In this document: one piece after another, positions 36,681 to 49,371 of the stretch
How the letters are laid out: every line of letters starts with the position of its first letter
Position numbering within the stretch: the first letter of the stretch is position 1
NCBI RefSeq assembly: GCF_006345805.1
Contig: NC_043012.1
Span: 3,596,001 to 3,660,000, forward strand
DNA length: 64,000 bases
Source of the DNA: Octopus sinensis
Lineage: Eukaryota
Reading direction: 5' to 3'
Translations under genes and position numbers: made by a program
The notes under the pieces: generated by a model
What the model saw: only the letters and a program-made list of their open reading frames with translations
The model's database searches: none
What the model was told of the DNA's origin: nothing

Positions 36681-38404
36681 CCTTCCAAATGTTGATACTA
36701 AATGATAGTATATAGTAAAACTTTGAAAAATATATCTTCATTGATTGTCATGGCAACATTTAGATAGGGATGCAAATCTAATAAGAACTCTTTCTTTCAC
36801 ACACACACACTATCTACAAGCTTTTACCTTTGAACTATGCCTCACTGAGACCCTACCTTCCTATGTATCAACAGTACATTCAAACAGAGCAATATTCCAA
36901 TATGGGTCTCACTTCAGCTTTATCCCCCTGTTAGGGAAGACTCCTCTTCTACATATGATGTGCAGCATCTTTTATTTGTAAAAAGTCTCTCCTAAGTTCA
37001 CAAACTCCTTGTCAAATGGATTATTAAATTAGGTCTTTTGTTCTTTAAACTCTGCTCAGTTCTGGCCAGACATTGCCTGTATGATCATCCTATCTTATTA
37101 TAAGGAGTAGGATACCCTAGACAATATTATCCAAATATATAACCTTGGAGAAAAAGAGTTATTTGAGGGAAGGATAGATGTTATTTGTAGCAGGCTGAGT
37201 GACCTTAAAGGGGCTTCCTCAATTGCCCATGGAGTATGTGTTATCAATATGGAATTTTCTTTCTACTATATTGATTTCTTAAATATGCTACATTTGTATG
37301 TGTGAGGGAATGAAGTTGTGTGGTATTCAAGCCTTTCCCAATAACATTAGTGCCTGCCACATGGGAGATTATTACACTGACTCAAGCAAGTTAGCTAGAA
37401 GTTGTTATGAAAAGACTTAATCTAAAATTGTAATTTTTGCCCTTTTAAGGAATAAAAAAAAATGAAGATTAATATCAAATAAAAATAACTGGGTTGTTTT
37501 GGGGTTTTATTTATAGGAATTGGAGTGCTTTTAGGAAATGGAAATAAATTGAAATGAGACGATGACTTGTAAAATAGTTGTCAAAGTAAACTTTTGTGTA
37601 TGGAATCTTATGTTGCTTTTCCTTTGCCCCCTTTTTTTTTGTTTTGAATTAATGAAAGCAATGTAGAGTCCTGAAGTAATGTAATTAGCTATTTAAGTAT
37701 GTCTGTGAATGTTATTGCTTCTAATTGTGATTAAGCTCCCTATAAAGGACAAAAAGTTTTTTTTTAAAATTATTTTTCTTTTTTTTTAGTTTGTATCATA
37801 ACTTCATGTCGTAACATGCGGTAGCAAAAACAGAACAGACTAGCTTTTTATGGAGAGGCAACTATAACAGAATGTCTTTTTTTTTGTTTTTCTGTCAAAA
37901 CAACAATCAGCCTGTTAGTGCTAATGGCAAGGAGATTATTATAATGTAAAATGTGGATTATTTCTACAGTGTTGGTATTGAATTGTTTGAGTGCACTTCA
38001 GCCATCATTGCAGAGATGAGGAGAGGGTGCAGAAAGTCATATTTTGAAAGGATTCTTCAATAATGCAAAGGATATTTGAATGTTTGCTATTCACGGTGCA
38101 CAGCCTAATGTGATTTGTTTTGTTTTTGTTTGAACAAATCATTAATAGTCTTTAGTTGTTCATCTTTAATACATAATTGATAGCAATAGATTAAAGGGAA
38201 GGTTTCGGTGAGCCACATTCAGAATCTGGTTTAATTCTTAGTTATGATAATTTCACTTTCAATTACTTAGCTGATGATCCTGAAAGAGGCACAAATGGCA
38301 CACATTCTGACTCTATTTATTTGGCCATGTTAACTCAGAAAATTCACCATGTAATCAATTTATCCCCCCCCCCCAATTTGTTGGCTATAGAATTATTTTC
38401 TTCA

Positions 38405-38655
38405 CTGGTGGCATGTAAAAAGCATCAACCAATCGTGGCCTTTGCCAGCCTCCTCTGGCCCTGTGCTGGTGGCACGTAAAAAGCACCCACTACACTCATG
38501 GAGTGGTTGGCGTTAGGAAGGGCATCCAGCTGTAGAAACACTGCCAGATCAGACTGGAGCCTGGTGCAGCCTGCTGGCTTCCCAGACCCTGGTCGAACCA
38601 TCCAACCCATGCTAGCGTGGGAAACGGACGTTAAACGATGATGATGATGATGATG
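38405..38655 (+). mobile_element. RTE LINE 3' UTR fragment (little diverged)
   Basis: tggcacgtaaaaagcacc...ggacgttaaacgatgatgatgatgatgatg. Confidence 0.9.
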
Positions 38656-38894
38656 TAATTTTTATTTCTTTCGTGCATGCACACACACTCATTCCTCCAT
38701 GCTTTGTACTATCTTTTTCTTCAGAAATATAACCATCAGAATCAGAAACCTTATCTTCTCCATGGCCAAAATACCATTCCCCTCTCCCTTTTACACACCA
38801 CGTACTCACAGATAATGGCAACATTGCCTCAGTTTATAAAGAGATCTTGGTTTCGTTTCACTTTTTACATTGTAATAGATGAAATATTTATATA

Positions 38895-39185
38895 GACCCT
38901 TCAGTCATGAATGACCATGGGACTGCACCTAGAAAGTTAAACTCTGAGGCACAAGTCCAGACAAGGTTGTTTATGGAAGACCAGCAGCCGCCCATGCATA
39001 CCAGCCGATGGCATCCAAGGGAAAGGTAAAGGCTGATACAACTTGGCACCAGTGATGTTGCAACTCATTTTACAGCTGAGCGAACTGGAACAATATGAAA
39101 TGAAGTGTCTTGCCTAAGAACATAACACAGAACTCGTCTGGAAATTGAATTTGCTACTTCATGATTGTGAGCCCAGAACTCTAGT
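38895..39185 (-). mobile_element. tRNA/CORE-headed SINE, tail type A
   Basis: Reverse complement has cttaggcaagacacttcatttc...ccagttcgctcagctgtaaaatgagt; siblings at 40655-40985 and 63525-63855. Confidence 0.75.
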
Positions 39186-40339
39186 TGGTAAAATAAGAAA
39201 ACTTGAATGTCATACGTGTGACAGCAGCAGCTTTGGGCTCTGTGCTGTCACTTGATCTACAAGAAATAATAGTGAAATCACTCTCAAATTATTACCTTAC
39301 AAATAATATTATACTTGATAATGTACTCAATCCTAGCCAAGAGAAAACTGAGTAGTCATGGCTGGAATGCCTTTGATCGGAAGTTTGTTCAGTTACAACT
39401 GACTTGGGGATAAACAGGAAACAGCAAGTGAAGAAGGAAGTATCTTTGTGGCTGCTTGATCTGCTAGAAATAAGAACCAAATTTCTACACCTTTGATTTT
39501 TTTTTACCTTTTAAGTGTGTTCAGTCAGAGCTGACCTGGAATTTTTTCAAAATCTCCCCAATTTTTTTGAGTATATTTGATCAGAGTTTATCTGGGTCCA
39601 GCTACGCAACAAGAGCAAATGACAGGCATACTCCAGATTTTCACATTTAACAAACATCTCAATTTACACAACTACCTAAGATCGCTAAGCTAAAAAAGAG
39701 GCAGATGTTTTTACTAACAAGTGGAAGCTGCTGTATTTCACAATATAAATATTTACTCAACATGTAAATATATAAATATTTATTTACAACATATTTTGAG
39801 TGTTGTAAATATTTATAAGTGAACGCTTGGCTAGCTAACTAGCTAGTTCTTGTATATTATTAATATAAAATTTTCTAGGTTATCTTTTCAAAATTAATGT
39901 TCCAGTTATCCGGTTTTTTTCCATTTTGAATCGCTAAAACTGTTGATGTCAATTATTATATAATTATAATTATAGTGTTGTTATTGCTTTGAATTTATTC
40001 ATCTGTATTTGTAAATAATGTTAGAGATATTTAGAATTCTATGGCTATCTCAGTGAGGTATATTAAAAAAGTTGTTGGTATTGGTCAGCTCCAAGTCAGC
40101 TCTTATTTACTAAACTTCTTGCAACCACCACTCAATTTTTGTTTTAGATGATAGGCAAGGACATGGCTGTGGGTTTGTTTCCCAACCACATGGTTTTGAG
40201 TTGAGTCCCATGATAACACTGCATGATAACTTCAACAAGTGCTTTCTACTTTAGCCCCAAGCTAACCAAAGCCTTGTGAGTGGATTTGGTAGATGGAAAC
40301 TGAAAGAAACCTATCACACACACACACACATTATATATA

Positions 40340-40398
<59 letters not shown>

Positions 40399-40401
<3 letters not shown>

Positions 40402-40610
40402 GAGGCGCAGTGGACTCATGGTTGTAGGATCGCGGTTTCGATTCCCAGACTGGTGGTTATCCCTGCCGTACTCTTTCGCCACAACTTTCTCTCACTCTTT
40501 CTTCTGTTGGCCTGCTCACTTACCCTGCAGGGTAGTGTCATTTGAAGGCTAAAACAATGTGAAGTGCATTGTGACCAGCGATGTGTAGCAACATCTGATA
40601 GCCTGGTCAA
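40399..40610 (+). mobile_element. SINE sharing the head of 17544/54360 but with a different 3' tail
   Basis: ggaggcgca...ggatcgcggtttcgattcccagac...gtactctttcgccacaactttctctcactc, then gcattgtgaccagcgatgtgtagcaacatctg. Confidence 0.7.
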
Positions 40611-40615
40611 AAAAG

Positions 40616-40651
<36 letters not shown>

Positions 40652-40654
40652 CAG

Positions 40655-40985
40655 GATCCTCTTTGGTCACGAATAATCATGGGATTGTACTTAGAAAGTT
40701 CCCCTCCAAGGCAAATGTTTGGGCAAGTTTGTTTATGGAAGACCAGCAGTCGACCATGCATCCCAGCCTCCCCTTTCCATGCCATCAATGTTGTCGAAGG
40801 GAAAGGCAAAGGGGCCGATACAGCTTGGCACCAGTGGTATTACAACTCATTTCTACAGCTGAGTGAACTGGAACAACGTGAAGTAAAGTGTCTTGCTCAA
40901 GAACACAACACAGCTTGGTCTGGGATTTGGACTCACTACCTCATGATTGTGAGACCAATGCTCTAACTGCTGAACCATGCGATTC
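40655..40985 (-). mobile_element. tRNA/CORE-headed SINE, tail type A
   Basis: Matches 63525-63855 along its length. Confidence 0.82.
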
Positions 40986-41049
40986 ATATATATATATTAT
41001 TATTATTATTATTTAAAAGTTACAATACATGTATTAAATCGCTATTAAT

Positions 41050-41445
41050 AGGCGTAGGAGTGATTGTGTGGTAAGTAGCTTGCTAACGAACCACATGGTT
41101 CCGAGTTCAGTCCCACTGCGTGGCACCTTGGGCAAATGTCTTTTAGTATAGCCTCGGGCTGACCAAAGCCTTGTGAGTGGATTTGGTAGATGGAAACTGA
41201 AGGAAGCCCCTCATATATATGTATATATATATATATGTATGTGTGTATATGTTTGTTTGTCCCCCCAACATCGCTTGACAACTGATGCTGGTGTGTTTAC
41301 ATCCCTGTAACTTAGCAGTTTGGCAAAAAAGGCTGATAGAATAAGTACTAGGCTTACAAAGAATAAGTCCTGGGGTCGATTTGCTCGACTAAAGGCGGTG
41401 CTCCAGCATGGCTACAGTCACATGACTGAAACAAGTAAAAGAGAG
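41050..41445 (+). mobile_element. OR-type SINE
   Basis: Full head, body and tail. Confidence 0.92.
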
Positions 41446-41688
41446 TTTCATATGTTGATAGGACTCAAACATATTCTCCAGGTATAAACCACATATAATA
41501 AACTAAAGAATATCTTTCCAGCCGTATCATTTAAAGCCTAAAGAGGATAGCATCTTTTCCCTTTTGACACTTTAGTTTTGTTTCCACTTTTCGTTTTCTG
41601 TTGTCTGTGTTTTCTATATGTTACCTTCTCAGCTTCATCGCGTTCCTTCTATTTATTCAGTGTTTTAGTTCATTATTATATGTTGTTT

Positions 41689-41741
41689 GTGTCTGAAGAA
41701 TATGTTCGTTTTCTCTCAACCTATGAAACTATTAGTAACAC
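41689..41741 (+). ncRNA. Type I hammerhead ribozyme motif in a T-rich Penelope-like terminal repeat remnant (~41560-41790)
   Basis: GTGT-CTGAAGA-ATATGTT(..)AACCTAT-GAAA-CT-att-AG-TA-ACAC: intact core, GUA triplet, stems I, II and III all form (one mismatch in II). Confidence 0.65.
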
Positions 41742-42018
41742 TTTAATACATGTTTTGTGACCTTTAAATAAATAATATTTATCTCTCACCAGATGGAGTA
41801 CTTTTTTTGTTGAATTTTTATCATGGATCAGTACATTTCATATATATAAGGCAAAGAAGAAAAATAGAGAAGATATTCAATTGACAAACATCAGCAAGGT
41901 CTTTTTATTACAATCATAAGAATAGTTAAATAAATAAATAAATAGTGTAGTGGATATTTATTATCCCTTAGGTGGTTGTTTAACCTCTAACTCATATATG
42001 TTATTTTATATATATATA

Positions 42019-42205
42019 TCATCATCATCATCGTTTAACGTCCGTTTTCCGCGCTAGCACGGTTGGATGGTTCGACCGGGGTCTGGGAAGCCAGGGGCTG
42101 CACCAGGCTCCAGTCTGATCTGGCAGAGTTTCTACAGCTGGATGCCCTTCCTAACGCCAACCACTCCGCGAGTGTAGTGGGTGCTTTTTACGTGCCACCT
42201 GCACA
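42019..42205 (-). mobile_element. RTE LINE 3' UTR fragment (little diverged)
   Basis: catcatcatcatcgtttaacgtccg...gtgcttttacgtgccacc. Confidence 0.9.
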
Positions 42206-43200
42206 TATATACATACATATATGTATAAATCTTTGTGTATGTATAAATCTTTGTGTATGTTTGTGACTCCTTGTTTTGACATCATGTGATTATTGTAAAT
42301 GAGTGTCACTGTCACACAAGCGGTGTCATCCTTTTTCAGTATTCTGTGAAAATTTGTCTGGCCATGGTGAAATATTACCTTGTTTGGAAACAGGCGAGGG
42401 TTAGCAACAGGAAGGGCATCCAATTGTAGAAAATCTACCTCAATAAACTCCTTCTGACCCAAGCAAGCATGGAAAATCAGGCATCAAAACAATGAAGATG
42501 ATGACGACATACATACAGTATGAAGATGTGATAAAGAAATTCTCTTTGTAACCATGTGGTTCTGCGTTCAATTTCATAACACAGCACCTTGGGCAAATAT
42601 TTTCTATTATAGCTTCAGGTTGACCAGTACTTTGTGAGTAAAATTTTTAGATGGAAACAGTGCAACATTTCATTTTATTTATATATAGACCAGGAACCAG
42701 CATTACATTAAGGGAACTTTAGAGCAACAGGTCATTGGATTAGCTTAAATAAACCCTGTACCTTTACATATGTGCATTTGTATATAATGGACAATAATCT
42801 TTAAAGCTTTAAATTGTTTCAGCTTCAAAGCTAGGGTCATGCTGGGGCACCACCATTGATTTCAGTGCATGAGCATCAGGTTGTTTGACCAACTGGATAG
42901 CCTACTCATTGGATTTGCATGCAGAGTGGTTGAGTACTACATAGACATGTATACTCTTAATGTAATTCTCAGGTAGAATCAGTGTGATAAGATTGAATTA
43001 CAGCTTACAACTACAGCCCATCTGGAAGGTTTCTATACAATTTCTTTCTCCCTAGATTCACTCACAAGGCTTGGATCAACTTGAGACTATGGGAAGTACA
43101 CTTACCCAGGATGCTTCAGAGTGGGGTTGAACCCAGGACTTAATGTTTACAATTGAACTACTTAACCACTCAGCCGTACCTCTATGTGTGCTACACACAC

Positions 43201-43410
43201 ATCATCATCATTTAATGTCTCCTTTCCATGCTGTCATGGGTTACACTGTTTGACTGGAACTGGTAAGCCAGAGCGCTGCACCAGGTTCCAATTTGATTTG
43301 GTAAGGTTTCTATGGCTGGATGCCCTTCCCTAACACCAACCACTCCAAGAGTGTAATGGGTGCTTTTTATGTGCCACTGGCACAGGTGCCATTTACATGA
43401 CACCGGCAAT
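43201..43410 (-). mobile_element. RTE LINE 3' UTR fragment
   Basis: Same family, diverged. Confidence 0.8.
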
Positions 43411-43424
43411 AACCATGGTGTGTG

Positions 43425-43750
43425 TCATCATCATCCAGTGTTTTAAATCTGGGTTTTGTCCTCATTAATGGGGTTGGTCAGGTCTACCTCAATGCCATAG
43501 CAACTGCCCTCAAATCATCTCGCCATCTTGCCCGGTTTTGGGCGTCCTGTTTTTTCAAAACAACCCTCCCAATCTCCTCCTTCACTTGTCCCCCTTCACC
43601 TTTTCCTTGGCTTACCTCGCTTTCATGCTCCATTTGCCTCAAACGCAACCACCCTCCTCAGAACATGCTCTTCATCCCTCCTCAACACATGCCCATACCA
43701 TCTCACTCCATTCGCCCATACCAACCATTCCGCTGATTCCTCCATATGTG
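43425..43750 (-). mobile_element. RTE-clade LINE 3' end (third lineage), frameshifted
   Basis: Reverse complement across frames reads ...GVRWYGHVLRRDEEHVLRRVVAFEANG..KRGKPRKR.RGQVKEEIGRVVLKKQDAQNRARWR; gatgatga tail. Confidence 0.8.
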
Positions 43751-43974
43751 TACATATATTGATCTTTTGTTGATGTGTTTTGGTGAAGAATGTAAACACA
43801 GAAAAAAATTGAGAAGCTGTAGTGAAATCCTTCTTGATATTTGTTCTGTACTGAATACACCTGTGTCAATCTTGCCTTTAGAAATGCAACAAGCTACTAA
43901 TTAGCCAAGTGGAAAGTTGTAACTTCCAACACTATTTTCACCAGTTGTATTATAAAATAACTCTCTAGAAGAGA

Positions 43975-44802
43975 GTTCAATGCGATTTGAGCTCCACTTC
44001 CACTGCATGGCGCATTGGGCAAATATATTCTACTATAGCCTTGGACTGACCAAAACTTTGAGTGGATTTGGTAGATGGAAACTGAAAGAAGCTCCTCATA
44101 TATATATTTTTGTATATTATTATTTTACTTGTTTCTGTCATTTGACTACTGCCATGCTGGAGCATCACCTTTAGTACTTATCATTTGTACTTATCTTTTA
44201 TTGATGCATTTTGGTGAAGAAAAAATTGAGAAATTGTAGTAGGCCTTTAGTTGAACAACTTGACCCCAGAATGTATTCTTTGTAAGCCTAGTACTTATTC
44301 TATCAGTCTCTTTTGCCGAACTGCTAAGTTACGGGGATGTAAACACACCAGCATCAGTTGTCAAGCAATCATGGGGACACACACACACATATACAACAAG
44401 CTTCTTTCAGTTTCTGTCTACCAAATCCACTCACAAGGCTTTGGTCAGCCCAATCTATAGTAGAAGACACTTGCCTAAGGCGCCACACAGTGGGACTGAA
44501 CCTAGAACCATGTGATTGGTAAGCAAGCTACTTACCACATAGCCACTCTTATGCCTATTTATATATATATATATGTGTAAGTGTGTGGGTGTCTTTGTGT
44601 TTGTCTCCCACTACTACTTGACAACTGGTGTTGGTGTGTTTACATCCCCGTTACTTAGCAGTTTGGCAATAGAGACCAATTGAATAAGGGCCATGTTTTA
44701 AAAGTATAAAGTACTAAGGTCGATTCATTTGACTAAGATCATTCAAGGTGGTGCTCCAGCATGGCTACAGTCTTAGTATGATGACTGAAACAAGTAAAAG
44801 AA
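43975..44802. mobile_element. Cluster of OR-type SINE pieces (+ 43975-44110, - 44124-44555, + 44580-44802)
   Basis: Alternating orientations with recognisable head and tail motifs. Confidence 0.8.
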
Positions 44803-45039
44803 AGACCTCCCCCCATGTTTTAAGTAGTACAATAAACACAGTATCTCCTGTAACAAAGAACTTTCTGGTGTTGTGCATACTATCCCCATAATGTGTGGTT
44901 GACCTCTTTGCTCTGAATTCACTGACTTTTATATAAACAATGTTGCGCGCTCTTGCATTATATCATAATAACAGAAAACATCACCTTAATTTTTTAAAAG
45001 TTTACAAGTACTTGTGACATATTTTTATCACAAGAAAGA

Positions 45040-45240
45040 ATTGTTGTTTATTTCCAGGTCAGCCTGAATTAAACAGAGATATTATCAAAGGCATTCCAGC
45101 TGTGACCATCCCATCTTTTACCTATATGCAGGTAACCATAGACCGAGTTAGTCAACAAGTTCTAAAGCAGTAGGGTGTGATTTTGAGGAGGATTTGGCTG
45201 CTATTTCTTTCAGATTGAGTAACCACATACAGACTCCTCC
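45040..45240 (+). repeat. Unclassified abundant dispersed repeat (ttgttgttta...ccaggtcagc...ggcattccagc...gatttggctgctatttct)
   Basis: Related copies near 360-460, 2820-2990, 3480-3780, 9380-9500, 16550-16660, 19950-20030, 22230-22390, 26150-26330, 26650-26840, 34550-34630, 39340-39480, 57930-58110 and 60170-60350. Confidence 0.7.
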
Positions 45241-45848
45241 ATTTGCTTGAGAAAAGAGTAGTATTGGATGAGTGTTGGTGGCTGTATTTTCCAAATTAAG
45301 AATTTTTAACCAAAAGCCTTTTTCTAGAAGCTGCTTGAAGAAAAGGCTCCTCTGGGTCGTATCCTACATTAGAACTGCTATAGCACTGGAAACTTGGAGT
45401 GGATTTTGGATGGCTGGTCCTCATTCATTAATAAAATAAGATTATCAAAGAGGCTTCTTACATTGAATAGTGCTTTCATGGTCCTCACTTGTCTGGGAGA
45501 TGATGGTTACACTTCCCATTTGCGATGTTTACATACTCTAGTGTTTTGATTGGCAAATAACCTTGTGGTGCCTGTGAAGATTTTAGCTGCTGTTTGTAGG
45601 TGGTTGAATAACTGTATGAATGTACCCTTTGGAGAGATTGGAGATTTAAAATTTTATATTGATATTAATAAAGAAAATGAGTTGGTGACAGCAGTGGGTG
45701 CAAAATACTAGATACTTTAAAGGTATTTAGTTGTCTACCATCAAACATTCTGGATACTAATTACAGCTGTGTTCAACTTTTTATCTTTTTATCCGATTGA
45801 AGTCATTAAAATATGTACCAGTTTTATACTGGTACATATTCTGAGGGT

Positions 45849-46175
45849 GTGAGGGCATATGTGGCTTAATGATTAGGGGTATTTGGCTCATAGTTTTGAG
45901 GCCATGAGTTCATTTCCTGGTGACACATTGTCTCCTTGAGCAAGACCCTTTATTTCATGTTGTTCCTGTCCACTCAGCTGACAAAAATGAGTTGTAGCTG
46001 TAGTACAAAAGGGCCAGCCTTGTCACATTTTGTGTCATAGTGAATCCCCCTGAGAACTACTACATTAAGGGTACACATGTCTGTGGAGCGCTCAGCCACT
46101 TGCATGTTAATTTCATGAGCAGGCTGTTCAGTCGATCAGGTTAAGTAGAACCTTTGTTGTCATAACTGACTGAGT
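45849..46175 (+). mobile_element. tRNA/CORE-headed SINE, tail type B
   Basis: Head and CORE as in tail type A (ccttgagcaagaccctttatttc...cactcagctg...aatgagt), then gggccagccttgtcaca...gtctgtggagcgctcagccacttgc; an inverted piece lies at ~42870-43030. Confidence 0.75.
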
Positions 46176-46214
46176 GGTAGATGCAGGATTCATCGACAGA
46201 CAACTTACAGACAG

Positions 46215-46345
46215 GACTATCGTGTGGTATGGTGCAGAGTCCTGTTGCCAGACATAGGGTGTTCCAGCAGCCACCCTCTTGATCCAGGGCAGTACAACCT
46301 CCTCCAGGCACTTGATGTAGGCCTCTGTGTTGAATCTTAGGCTGT
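46215..46345 (-). pseudogene. Tc1/mariner-superfamily transposase fragment
   Basis: HSLRFNTEAYIKCLEEVVLPWIKRVAAGTPYVWQQDSAPYHT (second catalytic D in QQDSAPxH). Confidence 0.85.
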
Positions 46346-48199
46346 GTGGGAATTATCTGTCAGCAAATTGTTTGCACACAGACTGAGGGTGGATAAGAGA
46401 AAATTATTTGACCATATCTTTGACAAAATTTGTGTCTTTGTACCAATGCTAGGTGTAAAAAAAGAAAAAAAAATCAATATTTTTTTTTATTGATATGAAA
46501 ATTCCAAGACAGCAGGATGTTGGGGGCTGAATAAATTCTTTAGTGTATTTAGTTTGGTACATTATTGTTTAAATTAGTAGGATCTAAACATCCCACTAAT
46601 TTCAGCTTCATTTTACATTCTTTATCAGATCAATAAAATAAGACCATTCTTCTGGGATCAATTAAAATTAGAGCAATTATAACCCCTGAAATGCCCAAGT
46701 GTGTGCATGAGTGTATACAGGTACATAAGTATGCATAAATATATGAATAAATTTGATATGTTAAGTTACGACTGTGTAATTAAAAAGATAATCACACAAC
46801 CATGTGGTTTTAGGTTCGATCCTACTATGTGGTACCTTGGACCAACTCAAGCCTTATGAAGAAAATTTGTTAAAACAAGAATCGGTCCACAGTCTGTTGT
46901 TGGGTTGGAGACTTAATCCATTGCTTAGTTTAACGCCCACACCTGTCCCTCCAGTGTCTTCAACTGAGACTATTCTGTGGCAATTATTTTCACTAATGTT
47001 TCTAATCCGAAGACATATAACACAATACACGTGCTGCTTCTTTCTTACTGCAGCAGCCTACCAATGAGTCACGATACCATCCTCCCTTCATCAATCACAG
47101 AGGCCTTGCCGAAAGATCACAAACAACTGCCCTTCCTCAGCTGACTAAGCCACAAAAAAAGTGGGGGGTGGGGTTGGAAGAGGGGAAACAGAAGGAAGCC
47201 TCTCTGTTTATTTGTCATGGTAAATAGTGATTGTCATTACAGTTTCACTTATTCTGTCTTCTGAATCATAAATACTTTGTCATCTACTTCAATATTACTA
47301 CTGCTGCTATCATGACTATCACTGCTACTTGTTGTTTATTACATAAAATCAATGAGGTCTGTGTGTGACCTTTTGTTTGATAGCTTTAATGCCTTTAATA
47401 ACTATTGATTACTAACGCAGGCACAAAGCTACAAACTTTGTAGGAGGGTGTTGTTGATTATAATAATGACCACCCCCACCAATGAGTGACTGGCTTTACT
47501 TTGTATCGTTTATTTTAAATATTTTTGATATCATTTTCAATTAAGCTTTTTTTTTGTTCTCCTCCATCAAAAGGATATAAGGCAAACCTGACCCTGGGAT
47601 ATTTTAATGAATTCAGGATGTGCATCCCAAAATTTGCTTTCTCTGCTACTTCACTGCATTAATTAGTCACTACACTTACATACTTTTAATAACTACTCTG
47701 GGTTCAAATCCTTCCAAGGTCCACTTTTCTGTTCACTTTCTAGTGGTTGATAAAATAAAATGCCAATCAAATATTGGGATAACTTTAATTGGTCAAGCTC
47801 TACCCCTAAAAATGTGCTAATATTGATTTCAAATTCTGGCATAGGGCTATCAATTTCAGGCTGGGTGTAAGTCAAGTACATCAACCCCAATGTTCAACTG
47901 GTACTTATTTTATCAATCTCAAAAGAACGACAGGCAAAGTCGACCTCGGTGGAATTTGAACTCAGAATGTAAAGACAGATGAAATGCCACTAAGGATTTT
48001 GTCGGATATGCTAATGATTCTGCCAACTCCACCGCCTTGGCCTTGTGCCAATATTAGAAATCAATTAACAGTGAGAATATGAGACAAAGCACATAATTAT
48101 AAATACACACACGTACACAGATATAAACACTCACACTTACATATATACATACATCTTCATCATTATCTAGCACCTGTTTTCCATGTTGATATGGGTTGG

Positions 48200-48785
48200 A
48201 TGGTTTGACAGTATCTGTTTTGACCTCGTTTACAAAATTCATATTTTTTCCATCCAAATGATTTTGAAGACTGCGGAATAAATGAAAATCAGATGTCCGG
48301 CGAATATGGTGGGGTGTCACTTCCTATTCAAACTGCTCCATCCTTTGGAATGTCATCCTCACTGTATGTGGCCTAGCATTATTTGATAGAACACCTTGCA
48401 TCTTGAAACCTAAGACAATCATTTTCCAGTGGCATGCAGGTGTCAATGAATGGGTGAATGACCAAATCCCAGCTAGTTCCTCAACATTTACAATGGGATT
48501 TTGTTCCACCAGAGTTTACAGAATGTCCTCTTCAAACTCTGCAGATTTTTCAGGACGAGGCTCGCAATTTCTGGAACCACCATTGATACTAGCTTATGCT
48601 TATTGGCCGATCCACATATACTGCATTAATATTCCTCACACTTCCTGTTGCCTTGTTTCCTTTATTGAACTCATAAAGCTAAATATACTGAATATGCTCC
48701 TTTATCACTTCCATTATAGCTTTGAAAAAATAACTGTTAAAATCAAACTGCACTCTTCAAAACTTGCACCAAGCATAAGTACAAG
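48200..48785 (-). pseudogene. Internally deleted mariner element
   Basis: MEVIKEHIQYI.LYEFNKGNN, VEQNPIVNVEELA, NNARPHT, SDFHLFRSLQNHLDGKN. Confidence 0.88.
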
Positions 48786-49295
48786 GTAAAATTACTACCT
48801 GCTTTTATAGCAAGGTGATGCAGGTAGTTTATCCTGTCCTCTTTGAATTTTAGTTCATGCAGTTGCAAAAAACTGCATTATTTATGGGATGCCACTTTAT
48901 TAGACTATTTTCCTTAGTCATTGCACAATGATTGCCATAAGCTTTAAGATTATATAAAAATACCATTATTATCATTTACAGCATTGCAAAAACAGTACCA
49001 TATAAAAAAAAACCATTTGCACCAAAAACGTACATATATGTATATACATATGTGTATGTATATGTAAACATGTGTATATACACACACTCTTTTGTGATTT
49101 TAAGTGAGACCATTTCTATGCAACTTCTTGATCTATTAAGTGTAGCAACCCAAATTTCCCTCAAATTTCCTTATTTTTTAAAATGCAAACTTCATTTTAA
49201 AGTCTAAATGTTATGGCATGTACCACTGCATAATGACATTTAAAAATGATTCATTCGATTTTCTGTTTTTGTGTTATAAAATTCTGCTCAATTAG

Positions 49296-49371
49296 AATTT
49301 ACCACCACTATCTGAAGAAGAGTTGTTAAAAGACATTTGTATTACTACAGTGTCGTCCATAAATAATACTG
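49296..49371 (+). CDS. Candidate internal exon of the plus-strand gene: NLPPLSEEELLKDICITTVSSINNT(+G)
   Basis: Pyrimidine tract then caattag|AAT, donor CTG|gtagat (weak), open frame with protein-like composition; no homologue recognised. Confidence 0.3.

Noticed and set aside
47054-47219. Open frame between a plus-strand cag acceptor and a G|gtaaat donor
   Set aside because: It runs through poly-A and poly-G tracts and gives an unrecognisable peptide; a chance open frame is likely.
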